A stretch of 64,000 nt of DNA. Origin: a virus. This document shows, piece after piece, positions 20,192 through 29,847 of this stretch (positions are counted from its first letter, which is position 1; each line of letters starts with the position of its first letter). The translations under genes and the position numbers were made by a program. The notes below the pieces were generated by a model that worked only from the letters and a program-made list of their open reading frames with translations, was not told where the DNA came from and did not search any database. Location: positions 18,856 through 82,855 of IMG/VR virus record IMGVR_UViG_3300009164_005114, one strand, 5' to 3'.

Positions 20192-21868
20192 TTATGACTC
20201 TTTTCTTAAACTTCTTTCGTAATGTTCAAACCTATCGTGTTCTGTTGGTGTCATAAGTAGTAAGCCAGGATATAAATTTCCTTCTTTAACTAACTGATAC
20301 ATATGACTCATCCATGTTTGTTCAAATGGGTGTGCCCAAGTTGTATCTAAAAACATTTTCTTATTACCTGTTCTGGTCACAATTTGTGGCCAGTTACAAT
20401 AATACACTTCACCCGTAACATAAGGTATACCTTGGAATGTTCTAATAGAATCATAAACAGCTTTAGGTGCATTTGGGTCAATACCTTGTTCAGGTAATCT
20501 ATTTTTACCTGGCCAATATTTTTCTCTAACCACTTGTGGTACATTATACCAAGACCACTGAGTACCATTATCACCAAAGAACTCACTAAAGTTTAACTTT
20601 AAAAAATCAAAGTTTTCTTTTTTTGCAATTTGTAATGTTTTTGAATATAAATTAGGAACATACCTATTAAACCCATTTCTACAAACATGACCTTCATTTG
20701 GATAGAAAAACATATCATCTTCAAAAAATAAATAAAAATCTAAATCGGTCTTTTCTTCAAAATGTTCGGCAATCCATTGTCTTCCACCACAAATACCTAA
20801 ATTATCTTTTTTAATGTGTTCAAATCCATATTCTTGACAAATTCTGGCGTAATCATCAAATGTGGATGTGTCGGTAGAATTATCCAATAAAAACTTTTTA
20901 GTTTTTATAATATAATCCTTATCATAAGCATTCATTGAATCAATTAATGTTTGAAATTGTTTTGGACTATTAAATGTGATGACATACAAACCAACTTTAT
21001 TAACATCTAAACTATTTGTAGATTTGTTAACATTTTCTGATTTAGGTGTAAGGTTATTATTCTTCAAGTCCTCAAAAAATTTACCAACTAAACCGTTAGA
21101 TTCAATTTCAAAATAATTTACCAAATCTGAATGTTTATAACACATAATACTGAAAATTGATTCTTCAGTACCCATATACCCTTCATCTAAAGTTGATTTT
21201 AATAATCCATAATAAATTCCGTTAATATCACCAATAGTGTGTTTTGGACCACCAAAGAACCCACCTCTTGCGACTTTATTAACTTTGGCACCCGCAATTG
21301 AATTTAACTTATTATATTCAAATCCGTGAATTTCATTTTCCGCATCGTAAGGAAAACAAACGAATGAAAATTTTGAAATGTATTTTGATAAATTATCCAA
21401 AACTTTATCATGAGTAAAATAACCTGGATGAACAGTATTAGTTAAACCACCATCAATCCAAAACATATATTCTGAATCAAACTGGTCCATTATTTTTGCA
21501 TCGTGTAGCAAAAATACTTTAGACATAACTAATGGATTATAATTTTCTAATCTACCTTGGGTTGATTCTTTTAACCATCCTGATAAATTAGCCCACTCAT
21601 CATTGGTTCTAATTTTTTGTATTTTATCAAAGAATTCAGAATCTCTAAACCATGATAATGGTCTAACAATAAATTGAGTATTTGATTGGTCTCTTCTTTT
21701 AAAAACAAACTCTTTTAATTCTTCATCACCAAAAATTATTAAGTTTTCCTCAACTTGTAATAATTTTTCAAATTGGTCTAAATAATGTTGGTAAGGTCTT
21801 GACCAACCTTCTGATAGTTCTCCTCTACCAATGTCCCATATACCTGTTACTAATGTTATATTACTCAT
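20192..21868 (-). CDS. HtrL/YibB (WlaTC)-family domain fused to a GT-A glycosyltransferase domain
   Basis: TLVTGIWDIGR, FWIDGG, GGFFGG and GTEESIF; second domain has NLGICGGRQ and FFEDD. Confidence 0.75.
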   Translation of the reverse strand: MSNITLVTGIWDIGRGELSEGWSRPYQHYLDQFEKLLQVEENLIIFGDEELKEFVFKRRDQSNTQFIVRPLSWFRDSEFFDKIQKIRTNDEWANLSGWLKESTQGRLENYNPLVMSKVFLLHDAKIMDQFDSEYMFWIDGGLTNTVHPGYFTHDKVLDNLSKYISKFSFVCFPYDAENEIHGFEYNKLNSIAGAKVNKVARGGFFGGPKHTIGDINGIYYGLLKSTLDEGYMGTEESIFSIMCYKHSDLVNYFEIESNGLVGKFFEDLKNNNLTPKSENVNKSTNSLDVNKVGLYVITFNSPKQFQTLIDSMNAYDKDYIIKTKKFLLDNSTDTSTFDDYARICQEYGFEHIKKDNLGICGGRQWIAEHFEEKTDLDFYLFFEDDMFFYPNEGHVCRNGFNRYVPNLYSKTLQIAKKENFDFLKLNFSEFFGDNGTQWSWYNVPQVVREKYWPGKNRLPEQGIDPNAPKAVYDSIRTFQGIPYVTGEVYYCNWPQIVTRTGNKKMFLDTTWAHPFEQTWMSHMYQLVKEGNLYPGLLLMTPTEHDRFEHYERSLRKES

Positions 21869-22748
21869 ATATTCTATTGAATTCTTCTAAAATTTTATAA
21901 AAACTTTTATTTAATGTGAACATTTCATCTGTCACTCCTGCGGGTGCATTATCTCTACACCACCAAATATCAAAATGTTTTCTTTCAAATAATTCTTTAT
22001 GATTGAAATACATTAAAGTCATAATTGGTTCTTCATGGTGTAAGTTCTTCGCATCTATTATAGTTTTTTCAGCATAATCTTCAAATAAATTTACAATTTC
22101 ATCCCACTTGTCTCTGTGACCTCCAAACAATCCACCAATAATATGAAGACTTCTATCATATTCTTTGTACCACTTAGGGTCTAAAGTTTGTGACCAAAAG
22201 TTTCTATCATTTTCTTTACCGAGTATTAAAAACTTATCACCAGTATCCTCAATCATGTTATGTAAAAAATCATTATTAAACAAACTACATTCATAGTATC
22301 TTTGCTCTGGATGAGTACCACTTAAATATTTTACAGGAACTAATCCACAATGAGATAAACCCGCATCAATCCAATAATAATAGTCGTAAGATTTATCTTC
22401 ATTCCACCACCAATGAAATTTAGAATATTGAATTTCAACACATCTATCAGATTTTTTAGTTTGCTCAACATTTTTATATTCTTTAATTAAATGTTGGAAT
22501 TTAGTTGTTGAAATATCAAAAATTTCAAACTTTAATTTCTCAGATGATATTGAATGTGTTTCGTAAAAGAATTTTTTTAATGGTTCTATTTCTCTTTCAG
22601 ACGTATAACATAAGAAATCTGCGTCGGTCATTTTTAAAAGAGATAATAAACTATAACTATAGTGACCCCCTCTATTCATTCTACCACCGTATTCGGTGCC
22701 ATACAAATCACTATAGATTGATGTGATAAATTTAACTTTAGTTGACAT
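21861..22748 (-). CDS. HtrL/YibB-like putative glycosyltransferase
   Basis: YYWIDAGL, IGGLFGG and EEPIM motifs, paralogous to the neighbouring gene. Confidence 0.65.
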   Translation of the reverse strand: MSTKVKFITSIYSDLYGTEYGGRMNRGGHYSYSLLSLLKMTDADFLCYTSEREIEPLKKFFYETHSISSEKLKFEIFDISTTKFQHLIKEYKNVEQTKKSDRCVEIQYSKFHWWWNEDKSYDYYYWIDAGLSHCGLVPVKYLSGTHPEQRYYECSLFNNDFLHNMIEDTGDKFLILGKENDRNFWSQTLDPKWYKEYDRSLHIIGGLFGGHRDKWDEIVNLFEDYAEKTIIDAKNLHHEEPIMTLMYFNHKELFERKHFDIWWCRDNAPAGVTDEMFTLNKSFYKILEEFNRIYE

Positions 22749-23472
22749 ATGTGAATTGATTGTGTTCTTTATTGTTTTTTAATTCTTGGGTTAATATTCC
22801 ACTTAAATATTGTGGTGGAATTTTACACGGACTATATAAATTCCAATTATAAGTTTGAGTGTAAAAATTATTGTATTGTCCTTGTGACACATCAGACCAA
22901 CTACTCATCTGAGGAGCCAATGGTAAAATTGGACAATAACTTTGTTTGATTGGTAATACAAATTGATAGATGTAATCATCAATTGCGTAGTACCCTAATT
23001 TTTCAGGTATTTCCATCTCTAATACATTATCATAGATTGAACTATGATAAATCATCATATTAGTTGCAAATATACCTCTTTCGTGTTCTTGTTTTGGGGG
23101 TAAATTTGTTATATCTAAAAACAAAGGTTGTTCTTTACTACGAAGAACAGGTCTGTTTAAAGTAGGAGAAAGATTGATAATACCATATTCAAATTCACCA
23201 CTTTCAGTTTCAATTTTATTAATTAAGTCTTTTGAGTATGGTAAAAAAGTACAATCATCTTCAATAACCATCACAGAGTCGTATCCCCTCTCTTTAGCAA
23301 GTTTAATAATTCCTGTATGAGATAAAGTACATCCTCCGTGATTGTTTAAATCAACAGCTTTAAATAATTCGTAATCCCATCCCATATAGTCCATCTCTTT
23401 TTGAATATGGTCTAATCGGTCAGGTCGTCTTTCTAAATTAACGACAAATTTGGGAATGTTGGTAATATTCAT
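22738..23472 (-). CDS. GT25-family glycosyltransferase
   Basis: VVNLERRPDRL, GCTLSH, VIEDD, AID. Confidence 0.8.
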   Translation of the reverse strand: MNITNIPKFVVNLERRPDRLDHIQKEMDYMGWDYELFKAVDLNNHGGCTLSHTGIIKLAKERGYDSVMVIEDDCTFLPYSKDLINKIETESGEFEYGIINLSPTLNRPVLRSKEQPLFLDITNLPPKQEHERGIFATNMMIYHSSIYDNVLEMEIPEKLGYYAIDDYIYQFVLPIKQSYCPILPLAPQMSSWSDVSQGQYNNFYTQTYNWNLYSPCKIPPQYLSGILTQELKNNKEHNQFTYVN

Positions 23473-24737
23473 TAACTAACGTGGTTGTGGGTTAATCTGC
23501 CTGTAATTCTATCACACCATCCTTTTGATTCTGAGTAAGGCCATACTACCCAGTAAGAAGGTAATTCATCTGTTTGGAATTCTCTCCACACTTTACAATA
23601 CTTATCAGGGTCTCTCATAAATCCTGCAATTTCATTCTTGTCTGCATCTTTTCTGTATAAAGTTTCGTCTTTATCGTTATGGAATGCAACAACCCAAAAA
23701 TCATAATCCGTTTCAGGTACTTGAGAATATCCGATATCAATACAATGTTTAAACATCATACAGAAACTATCTTTCCATTCTTGTTCTGTCTCAAAATTAT
23801 ATGGGTTTGGTGGATAGTTTTTATCTAAAGTATATTTGTCAATTGCTCTTTTTTGGAATAAGATACCTGCATATTTTTCATACTCGGTTAAAGTTCTAAC
23901 GGTACCAAAACCATAAGGACCATCATGACCTTCTTGAGTTTCACCATCCATACCAAATAATTTTCTATTTGTTAAATGAGATACTCTGTTTCTTTCACCC
24001 CAACCTTTGTCATCATCCCATTGTTTTGTTCTACCTTTACGAGTGTATTCGTGGTAAACAACAGGAATATGTGGGTGGAATAAATCATAACCCCAAGTGT
24101 AAGCTCTTGCAGCAATTGAAATTTCTTCTCCGTGGAAATAATATTCAGGGTTGTGCTGAACTTCAGTTGAGAATTGTCCTAATGTAAAACAGAAGTGAGC
24201 TGAGTAGAATCTTGATGTTACAGGTTTTTTTAAATCTTTCCAACCTGGAATTGTTTCAGGTAAGAAGAATACTGCACCTTCAGGAATGAATCGGTCAAAA
24301 ACCATTCTCCATGCATCAGGGGCTCTTCCTGCTGGGTCATTTTCGGGGTCAAAAGAAGGAACGTAGCCCGTAAGTAGAGGCTTCTTATACCCGTCCTTCT
24401 GTAACCCCTTTATCATTTTGATAAGGATATCGTCCCAATCCTTAACAAATCTCATGTGAGAATCTATTTGTAGTGTATAAGTTTCACCTTTGTAAAGTTG
24501 TTGAACTTGGTGTCTCGCCCAACAAACACCTTTAGAATCTTGATAAGGAATATCTAAAATTCTAAATCTTTTGTCGTTTTTATACTCATCTAAATTATCA
24601 AAACCGTCTTCTTCACTGTATTGTCTTGCAATACCGAAAACTAAGTTATTTGGTTTTTTGGCGTTTTCCAACATGTCTTTAATTGTTGGGATTAACTGCG
24701 GGTCTCTGTATGAGGCAATTTGGATAAAAATCTTCAT
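23472..24737 (-). CDS. GT60-like polypeptide (Thr/Ser/Hyp) alpha-GlcNAc transferase
   Basis: IFIQIASYRD, GVCWAR, LQIDSHMRF..DWD, FHGEE...AAR..T.GYDLFHP, YGFGTVRTL. Confidence 0.85.
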   Translation of the reverse strand: MKIFIQIASYRDPQLIPTIKDMLENAKKPNNLVFGIARQYSEEDGFDNLDEYKNDKRFRILDIPYQDSKGVCWARHQVQQLYKGETYTLQIDSHMRFVKDWDDILIKMIKGLQKDGYKKPLLTGYVPSFDPENDPAGRAPDAWRMVFDRFIPEGAVFFLPETIPGWKDLKKPVTSRFYSAHFCFTLGQFSTEVQHNPEYYFHGEEISIAARAYTWGYDLFHPHIPVVYHEYTRKGRTKQWDDDKGWGERNRVSHLTNRKLFGMDGETQEGHDGPYGFGTVRTLTEYEKYAGILFQKRAIDKYTLDKNYPPNPYNFETEQEWKDSFCMMFKHCIDIGYSQVPETDYDFWVVAFHNDKDETLYRKDADKNEIAGFMRDPDKYCKVWREFQTDELPSYWVVWPYSESKGWCDRITGRLTHNHVS

Positions 24738-24762
24738 GTATGTTATATTTTACCCTAAAAAT

Positions 24763-24794
24763 AAAAAACCCTCCACGAAGGTGAAGGGTTTTTT
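24763..24794. terminator. Bidirectional intrinsic terminator-like hairpin
   Basis: AAAAAACCCT-CCAC-GAAG-GTGA-AGGGTTTTTT. Confidence 0.65.
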
Positions 24795-24818
24795 ACATAT
24801 ATTAATTTTCTTTTTTTA

Positions 24819-25919
24819 TTAACATCCGTTAGGGTCAGAAGCGGTAATTAAACCAGCTCCACCACTAACTAAATACCATGCAGTACCGTTAGAATAATAA
24901 CCATCTGCCGCCACAATTGATAATCCTGTGTTAACATATAATGTCTCACCAATGTTAGGTCCAGGTCCTTGAGATGCTGGTACATAAAGTGTGTTAGGTG
25001 CTGAACTAAAGTCGGTACATGCTAAATTTGATGTTGAACCTGTTCCCAGAATATAAGTATAATATCCGAATGTTGCGGTAGGTGTTGTAGTTACTGTAGG
25101 TGTGTTAGTTGGAGTTGAAGTATGAGTTGGTGTTGGAGTTTGTGTTGGTAATAATGAACATAATGAGAATCCTCCTGTTTCATTACCATTTGAATTTAAT
25201 TGAACTACTTGTCCTGAGTTTGAATAGCAACCTGTCATATTAACAGTTACTGGTCCGTATACTAAATTAAAGAATTGTGTATTTTCATCAAAGTTTGCAA
25301 GTTCACCATAAATTGTTATTGATGGTGATGCGTTACATGCATCATTACTTGTTAAACCTGTTGAAACTGAGAACGAAAATCTTGCTCTTGTTGGTGTAGG
25401 TGTGTTAGTTGGTGTTTCAGTTTGAGTCGGAGTTGGTGTAACTGCCGCAGTTCCTGTTTGTGTTGGAGTCGCAGTTAATGTTGTTGTGGTTGTTGGTGTT
25501 TGAGTTGGTGTTTCCGTATTAGTTGGAGTTGGTGTATTAGTTGGAGTTGCAGTTAATGTAGTTGTCGTTGTTGGTGTTTGAGTTGGTGTCTCCGTATTAG
25601 TTGTAGTTGGAGTTGGTGTAGGTGTTGTTCCAGGCGTTTGAGTATTTGTTGGTGTTAAAGTTGGTGTTGGAGTTGCGGTCTTTGTCGGAGTTGGGGTACT
25701 AGTTGGATAATACATTGGATATGCTCCATTATTAACCAATACCACACTATTAACAAATGACGGTGCAATTGAATAAGTGTTGTTTATTAACCAAATATTT
25801 TTTGTTTGGTTTGGTAATAACTCAACTTGGTATTCCCACATTGAATCGTCACATCTTCTATAATTGAAGTTTACAACGGTTGAACCCGTGTTTGTTAAGG
25901 TATATTTGCTACATGCCAT
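24819..25919 (-). CDS. Thr/Pro-repeat mucin-like virion protein A
   Basis: Long TPT(N/Q/E)T tracts between small Cys-containing beta domains; no signal peptide; TATTTAT motif upstream. Confidence 0.75.
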   Translation of the reverse strand: MACSKYTLTNTGSTVVNFNYRRCDDSMWEYQVELLPNQTKNIWLINNTYSIAPSFVNSVVLVNNGAYPMYYPTSTPTPTKTATPTPTLTPTNTQTPGTTPTPTPTTTNTETPTQTPTTTTTLTATPTNTPTPTNTETPTQTPTTTTTLTATPTQTGTAAVTPTPTQTETPTNTPTPTRARFSFSVSTGLTSNDACNASPSITIYGELANFDENTQFFNLVYGPVTVNMTGCYSNSGQVVQLNSNGNETGGFSLCSLLPTQTPTPTHTSTPTNTPTVTTTPTATFGYYTYILGTGSTSNLACTDFSSAPNTLYVPASQGPGPNIGETLYVNTGLSIVAADGYYSNGTAWYLVSGGAGLITASDPNGC

Positions 25920-26003
25920 CTTGATTTCTTTTTATAATATAAATACTAAGTATTTGTTTATTAGATTCAATATTTCTAATTTTTTATTTTTTTAATTTTG
26001 TTC

Positions 26004-27755
26004 TTAGCACCCATTAGGGTCAGAACTTCCAATTTGACCTAAACCACCACTAACTAAGTACCATGCAGTACCATTAGAATAGTAACCATCCGCGGCTGGT
26101 GTTGTTAATGAAGTATTAACATATAAGTACTCGCCAACATTAGGACCAGTCCCTTGAGATACTGGTGCATAAAGAGTATTAGGGGCGGAACTAAAGTCAG
26201 CACACGCGGTGTTTGTTGTTAATCCCGTACCTAAAATATATGTGTAATACCCAAATGTTGCTGTAGGTGTTGTTGTTGGTGTAGGTGTTGGAGTTTGAGT
26301 TAAAAGTGAACATAATGAGAATACTCCTACATAGTTACCGTTAGAGTCTAACTCAACTACTTGTCCTGAATTTTTATAATAACCTGTCATATTCACCGTC
26401 ACTGGTCCATAAAGAGAATTAAAGAATTGCGTATTTTCGTCAAAGTTTACAAATTCACCATAAATTGTTATTGAAGGTGACGCATCACACGCATCGTATT
26501 GAGTGGTCCCTGTTGAAACTGAGAACGAGAATCTTGTTCTTGTTGGTGTTGGAGTTTGAGTTGGTGTTTCGGTATTAGTTGGTGTTTGAGTTTGAGTTGG
26601 TGTTTTGGTATTAGTTGGTGTTTGAGTTGGTGTTTGAGTTGGTGTTTCCGTGTTAGTTTGTGTAGGTGTTTGAGTTTGAGTCTCAGTATTTGTAGGTGTT
26701 TGTGTAGGTGTTTGAGTTTGAGTCTCAGTATTTGTAGGTGTTTGTGTAGGTGTTTGAGTTTGAGTCTCAGTATTTGTAGGTGTTTGCGTTTGTGTTGCAG
26801 TATTACTTGGGGTTTGGGTAGGTGTAGGTGTTTTTGTTGAAGTATTAGTTGGTGTTGCAGTTGGAGTTGGTAAAGGACATCCTCCTAATAATACAATATT
26901 ACCATCACCATATGCAATTTGAATTGTTTCCGCACAATAAATTTGAGTTGTAAATACATCTAAGAAGAAATCAAATTCAAACCCATCACAATCAATACCA
27001 ACAAAAGTTGTTTGATTTTGAGTTCCACCAAACAATAAATAAGTTTTACATATTGAATTAGTAGGTGTTTGAGTTTGAGTTGGTGTTAATGTCGGAGTAT
27101 TAGTTGAAGTTTCTGTGTTAGTTGGTGTTAAAGTTTGTGTAGGTGTTTGAGTTGGAGTTTCCGCAGCAGTCCCTGTATTTGTAGGTGTATTTGTTGGCGT
27201 TTCCGTGTTAGTTGGTGTAGTTGTTGGGGTTGAGGTGTTAGTCGTGGTATTACTAGGTGTGTTTGTTGGAGTTTCCGTGTTAGTTGGAGTTGCTGTAGGA
27301 GTTAATCCAATAGTAACAGATGGGGTTGGTGTCATTGTTTCGGTTGGAGTTTGAGTTGGGGTTTCAGTTGTTGTTGAGGTTGGAGTAACTGTTGAGGTTA
27401 CTGTTGCGGTTGGTGTTACTGTTGCAGTTGACGTAGGAGTTAATGTAGGAGTTTCCGTAGGTGTTGGCGTTAATCCTTCTGTTTGAGTTGGAGTTTGAGT
27501 TGGAGTTGAAGTGTTGGTTGGTGTATTTGTTTGAGTTGGCGTAGGACTAGGTGTTGGACCTGGAACATTTAATGTGTAGGTATAACCATAAGTTGGTACA
27601 TATAAATCATAGATACCGTAATAATAACTAGATATATAGTTAAACGGAATTATTTGCGTTCCCAAATCAATAGTACCTCCCGTGTCTGGAAAATACGTAA
27701 CTTGTGAGGTTTGCCCACTTAAATTATCACTTTCAATTCTTATTCCTAATGCCAT
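26004..27755 (-). CDS. Thr/Pro-repeat mucin-like virion protein B
   Basis: Three TPT tracts; C-terminal module paralogous to protein A (both end SDPNGC). Confidence 0.75.
   Translation of the reverse strand: MALGIRIESDNLSGQTSQVTYFPDTGGTIDLGTQIIPFNYISSYYYGIYDLYVPTYGYTYTLNVPGPTPSPTPTQTNTPTNTSTPTQTPTQTEGLTPTPTETPTLTPTSTATVTPTATVTSTVTPTSTTTETPTQTPTETMTPTPSVTIGLTPTATPTNTETPTNTPSNTTTNTSTPTTTPTNTETPTNTPTNTGTAAETPTQTPTQTLTPTNTETSTNTPTLTPTQTQTPTNSICKTYLLFGGTQNQTTFVGIDCDGFEFDFFLDVFTTQIYCAETIQIAYGDGNIVLLGGCPLPTPTATPTNTSTKTPTPTQTPSNTATQTQTPTNTETQTQTPTQTPTNTETQTQTPTQTPTNTETQTQTPTQTNTETPTQTPTQTPTNTKTPTQTQTPTNTETPTQTPTPTRTRFSFSVSTGTTQYDACDASPSITIYGEFVNFDENTQFFNSLYGPVTVNMTGYYKNSGQVVELDSNGNYVGVFSLCSLLTQTPTPTPTTTPTATFGYYTYILGTGLTTNTACADFSSAPNTLYAPVSQGTGPNVGEYLYVNTSLTTPAADGYYSNGTAWYLVSGGLGQIGSSDPNGC
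26658..26786. repeat. 42-bp coding tandem repeat, about 3 copies
   Basis: Unit TTGTGTAGGTGTTTGAGTTTGAGTCTCAGTATTTGTAGGTGT, encoding TPTNTETQTQTPTQ on the minus strand. Confidence 0.85.
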
Positions 27756-27788
27756 GTCAATAAATACTTAATTTTTTTGTTTTATTCT

Positions 27789-29795
27789 TTAAACTATACG
27801 ACCAATTCCATTTATTACTACATATCTCAAATCGTTTTGAGGTATTAAAATATATTCCAAATCATCATCAGGTATTAATAAATAAACCAAATCTTCATCT
27901 GGAATTACTACATATGTCAAATCATTTTGAGGAACAATAATCGCACAATCAGGGCAAATAGGATTTAATAATCCATATTTATTTTTTAATAATTTAAAGT
28001 TGTGTTTAATTTGTGATGCATTGAGAGGTTCTGTATACATTCTAAACGCACTAATGTCACCAATCATACTACCCCCAAAAATTTCTTCTAATCTAACATG
28101 AGTTGTAAGACCCGAATATTCTGTGTGGTCTAAATCGTATGTCGTTAAACACTCAGGGTCTTGTTGGTAAACAATCTCGTTTATATTTGGAGGACATCCT
28201 CCTGAGAATGTTAAATTATCGTGAAGTCCTTGAGTACCTCCACCTATTGAAATGTTATATCCAACGCCAATTTGTTTTTCTTTTGGAGTGTTAAGTAACC
28301 TTGGGATAATTTCTTCAAAATTTTCTGTGACCATGAACAATTTACCATTAACATAGAATTTTAATGTTCCCATTCTATATTTTTGCTCTTCAGTCCACAT
28401 GTCAGTAAATGTTACAACCTCAGTTGTTGCTGGGTCATAACTTGGGTCATGAGTTATTGGAGGTTCAATTAAACTAACACTTCTACCTTCAATAGTTGCA
28501 AAATAAACATCTTTAACTAAAAGACCTAATCCACCTTTATCATATAAATCACAAGTATCTAACCATTCATATCTTTGGAAAACCGCATCAATTTGAACCC
28601 AATGTTCCAAATTAATATATGGTGTTAATTTACATTCATCAAAAATCCCTCTTGTTGAACACCATTCAGTTACTGAAGTCCCTGTTACATATGTTAAACC
28701 TGTAAGACAAGTTCCAGTGTGTTCACACCCACCAGTAATTCTATATGTCTTAACACATAATCTTGGGTTTCCACTATCACCACTAAGTCTTAATGATAAA
28801 CCATTTGAAACTCCATCATACAATGGGTCTGTTTCAGGGTATTGCGCCTTTGAATCACAATCACAAGGACAACCACAAGTACAATGCGTTATTGTGCCAC
28901 CCGATGGTTGGTAAACTTGTAAACATTCTGATGATGTGTTTGCCGAACTTGCACAACCACAAGTATGCATACAAGTTAATCCTGACGTAACTCTTGTATA
29001 TCCAGTATCTTGTATTGGACTTCCGTCGGCGTAATGGTAATATTTGTTTTCAGCTCTTGCCCCCATATAAAAGAAGGTACCTTTATTATCAGGATATCTT
29101 TCATTCAATCCCACAGAAGTATCACCAGTCCACCTATATCTTAACATGAACTCGGTTGTCCAACCTAAAGGAACTCTTTGAGGAAATACTTGATAATCAT
29201 AACCTGGTACTTTGTAGAATCCTTGGAAGAACCCTCCATTTAATTTCGCAACATACCCAATATTTCCACCAACATTTTGGTAAGATAAGTCGTAATTATA
29301 GGAATTATCATTCCATAATCTATTTTCAGTTGTTGTAAAACCTGTGATTGGGTGGAGTTTCATTCTCCTATCGTATTTGTATCTACTAAATCTATCAGAT
29401 ACATTTTCATATAAACCAGTAGTAATTTCAATAGTTTCTCCTGACATATGTTGAACCAAACCATTATCCATACCTGTTAATCCAATGTCACATAACTCTG
29501 TAGTTTTTACACAAAAATTTGGATTGATGTCTTCAGGGTTCCAATAGTTTTCAGAAACAATTGTTTGATAATCAAAAGAACACGCAGATATTTGGCATAA
29601 TGTTGTTCCAGTGCTATTAAATTCAAATTTAAATGGCATTCTATTTCCATCTTCCTCACCTATTAATAGTGGAGAAAATATAACTTCTTGGTCATAGTCT
29701 TTTTCATCCGACGCTAAACAAATATCGGTTACTTCGTTGACTGGTTTAAGACCCCAACGTCTAAAATTATATTGATTAATATTCTGATATGCCAT
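27789..29795 (-). CDS. Cys-rich structural protein with a LamG/ConA-like domain
   Basis: LKFYVNGKL ... IGGGTQ ... GDISAFRMYTEPL...IKHNF pattern; CTCGCPCDC cluster. Confidence 0.6.
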   Translation of the reverse strand: MAYQNINQYNFRRWGLKPVNEVTDICLASDEKDYDQEVIFSPLLIGEEDGNRMPFKFEFNSTGTTLCQISACSFDYQTIVSENYWNPEDINPNFCVKTTELCDIGLTGMDNGLVQHMSGETIEITTGLYENVSDRFSRYKYDRRMKLHPITGFTTTENRLWNDNSYNYDLSYQNVGGNIGYVAKLNGGFFQGFYKVPGYDYQVFPQRVPLGWTTEFMLRYRWTGDTSVGLNERYPDNKGTFFYMGARAENKYYHYADGSPIQDTGYTRVTSGLTCMHTCGCASSANTSSECLQVYQPSGGTITHCTCGCPCDCDSKAQYPETDPLYDGVSNGLSLRLSGDSGNPRLCVKTYRITGGCEHTGTCLTGLTYVTGTSVTEWCSTRGIFDECKLTPYINLEHWVQIDAVFQRYEWLDTCDLYDKGGLGLLVKDVYFATIEGRSVSLIEPPITHDPSYDPATTEVVTFTDMWTEEQKYRMGTLKFYVNGKLFMVTENFEEIIPRLLNTPKEKQIGVGYNISIGGGTQGLHDNLTFSGGCPPNINEIVYQQDPECLTTYDLDHTEYSGLTTHVRLEEIFGGSMIGDISAFRMYTEPLNASQIKHNFKLLKNKYGLLNPICPDCAIIVPQNDLTYVVIPDEDLVYLLIPDDDLEYILIPQNDLRYVVINGIGRIV

Positions 29796-29804
29796 ATGAT
29801 ATTG

Positions 29805-29832
29805 ATAAATACCTTGTGTCCTAGTATTTATA
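29805..29832. promoter_or_regulatory. Divergent pair of TATTTAT putative late promoters
   Basis: ATAAATA at 29805-29811 serves the minus-strand gene and TATTTATA at 29825-29832 the plus-strand gene; the motif recurs upstream of at least 19 genes. Confidence 0.6.
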
Positions 29833-29847
29833 GATAAAAAAGAAGAG

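Noticed and set aside
24819-26540. Diversity-generating retroelement template/variable repeat pair
   Set aside because: Both copies are coding, differences are not confined to adenines, and no reverse transcriptase is present in the window.
26556-26840. Cys/Leu/Ser-repeat ORF, and the possibility of a CRISPR array in the repeats
   Set aside because: It is the antisense reading of the Thr/Pro codon repeats; units are contiguous with no unique spacers.
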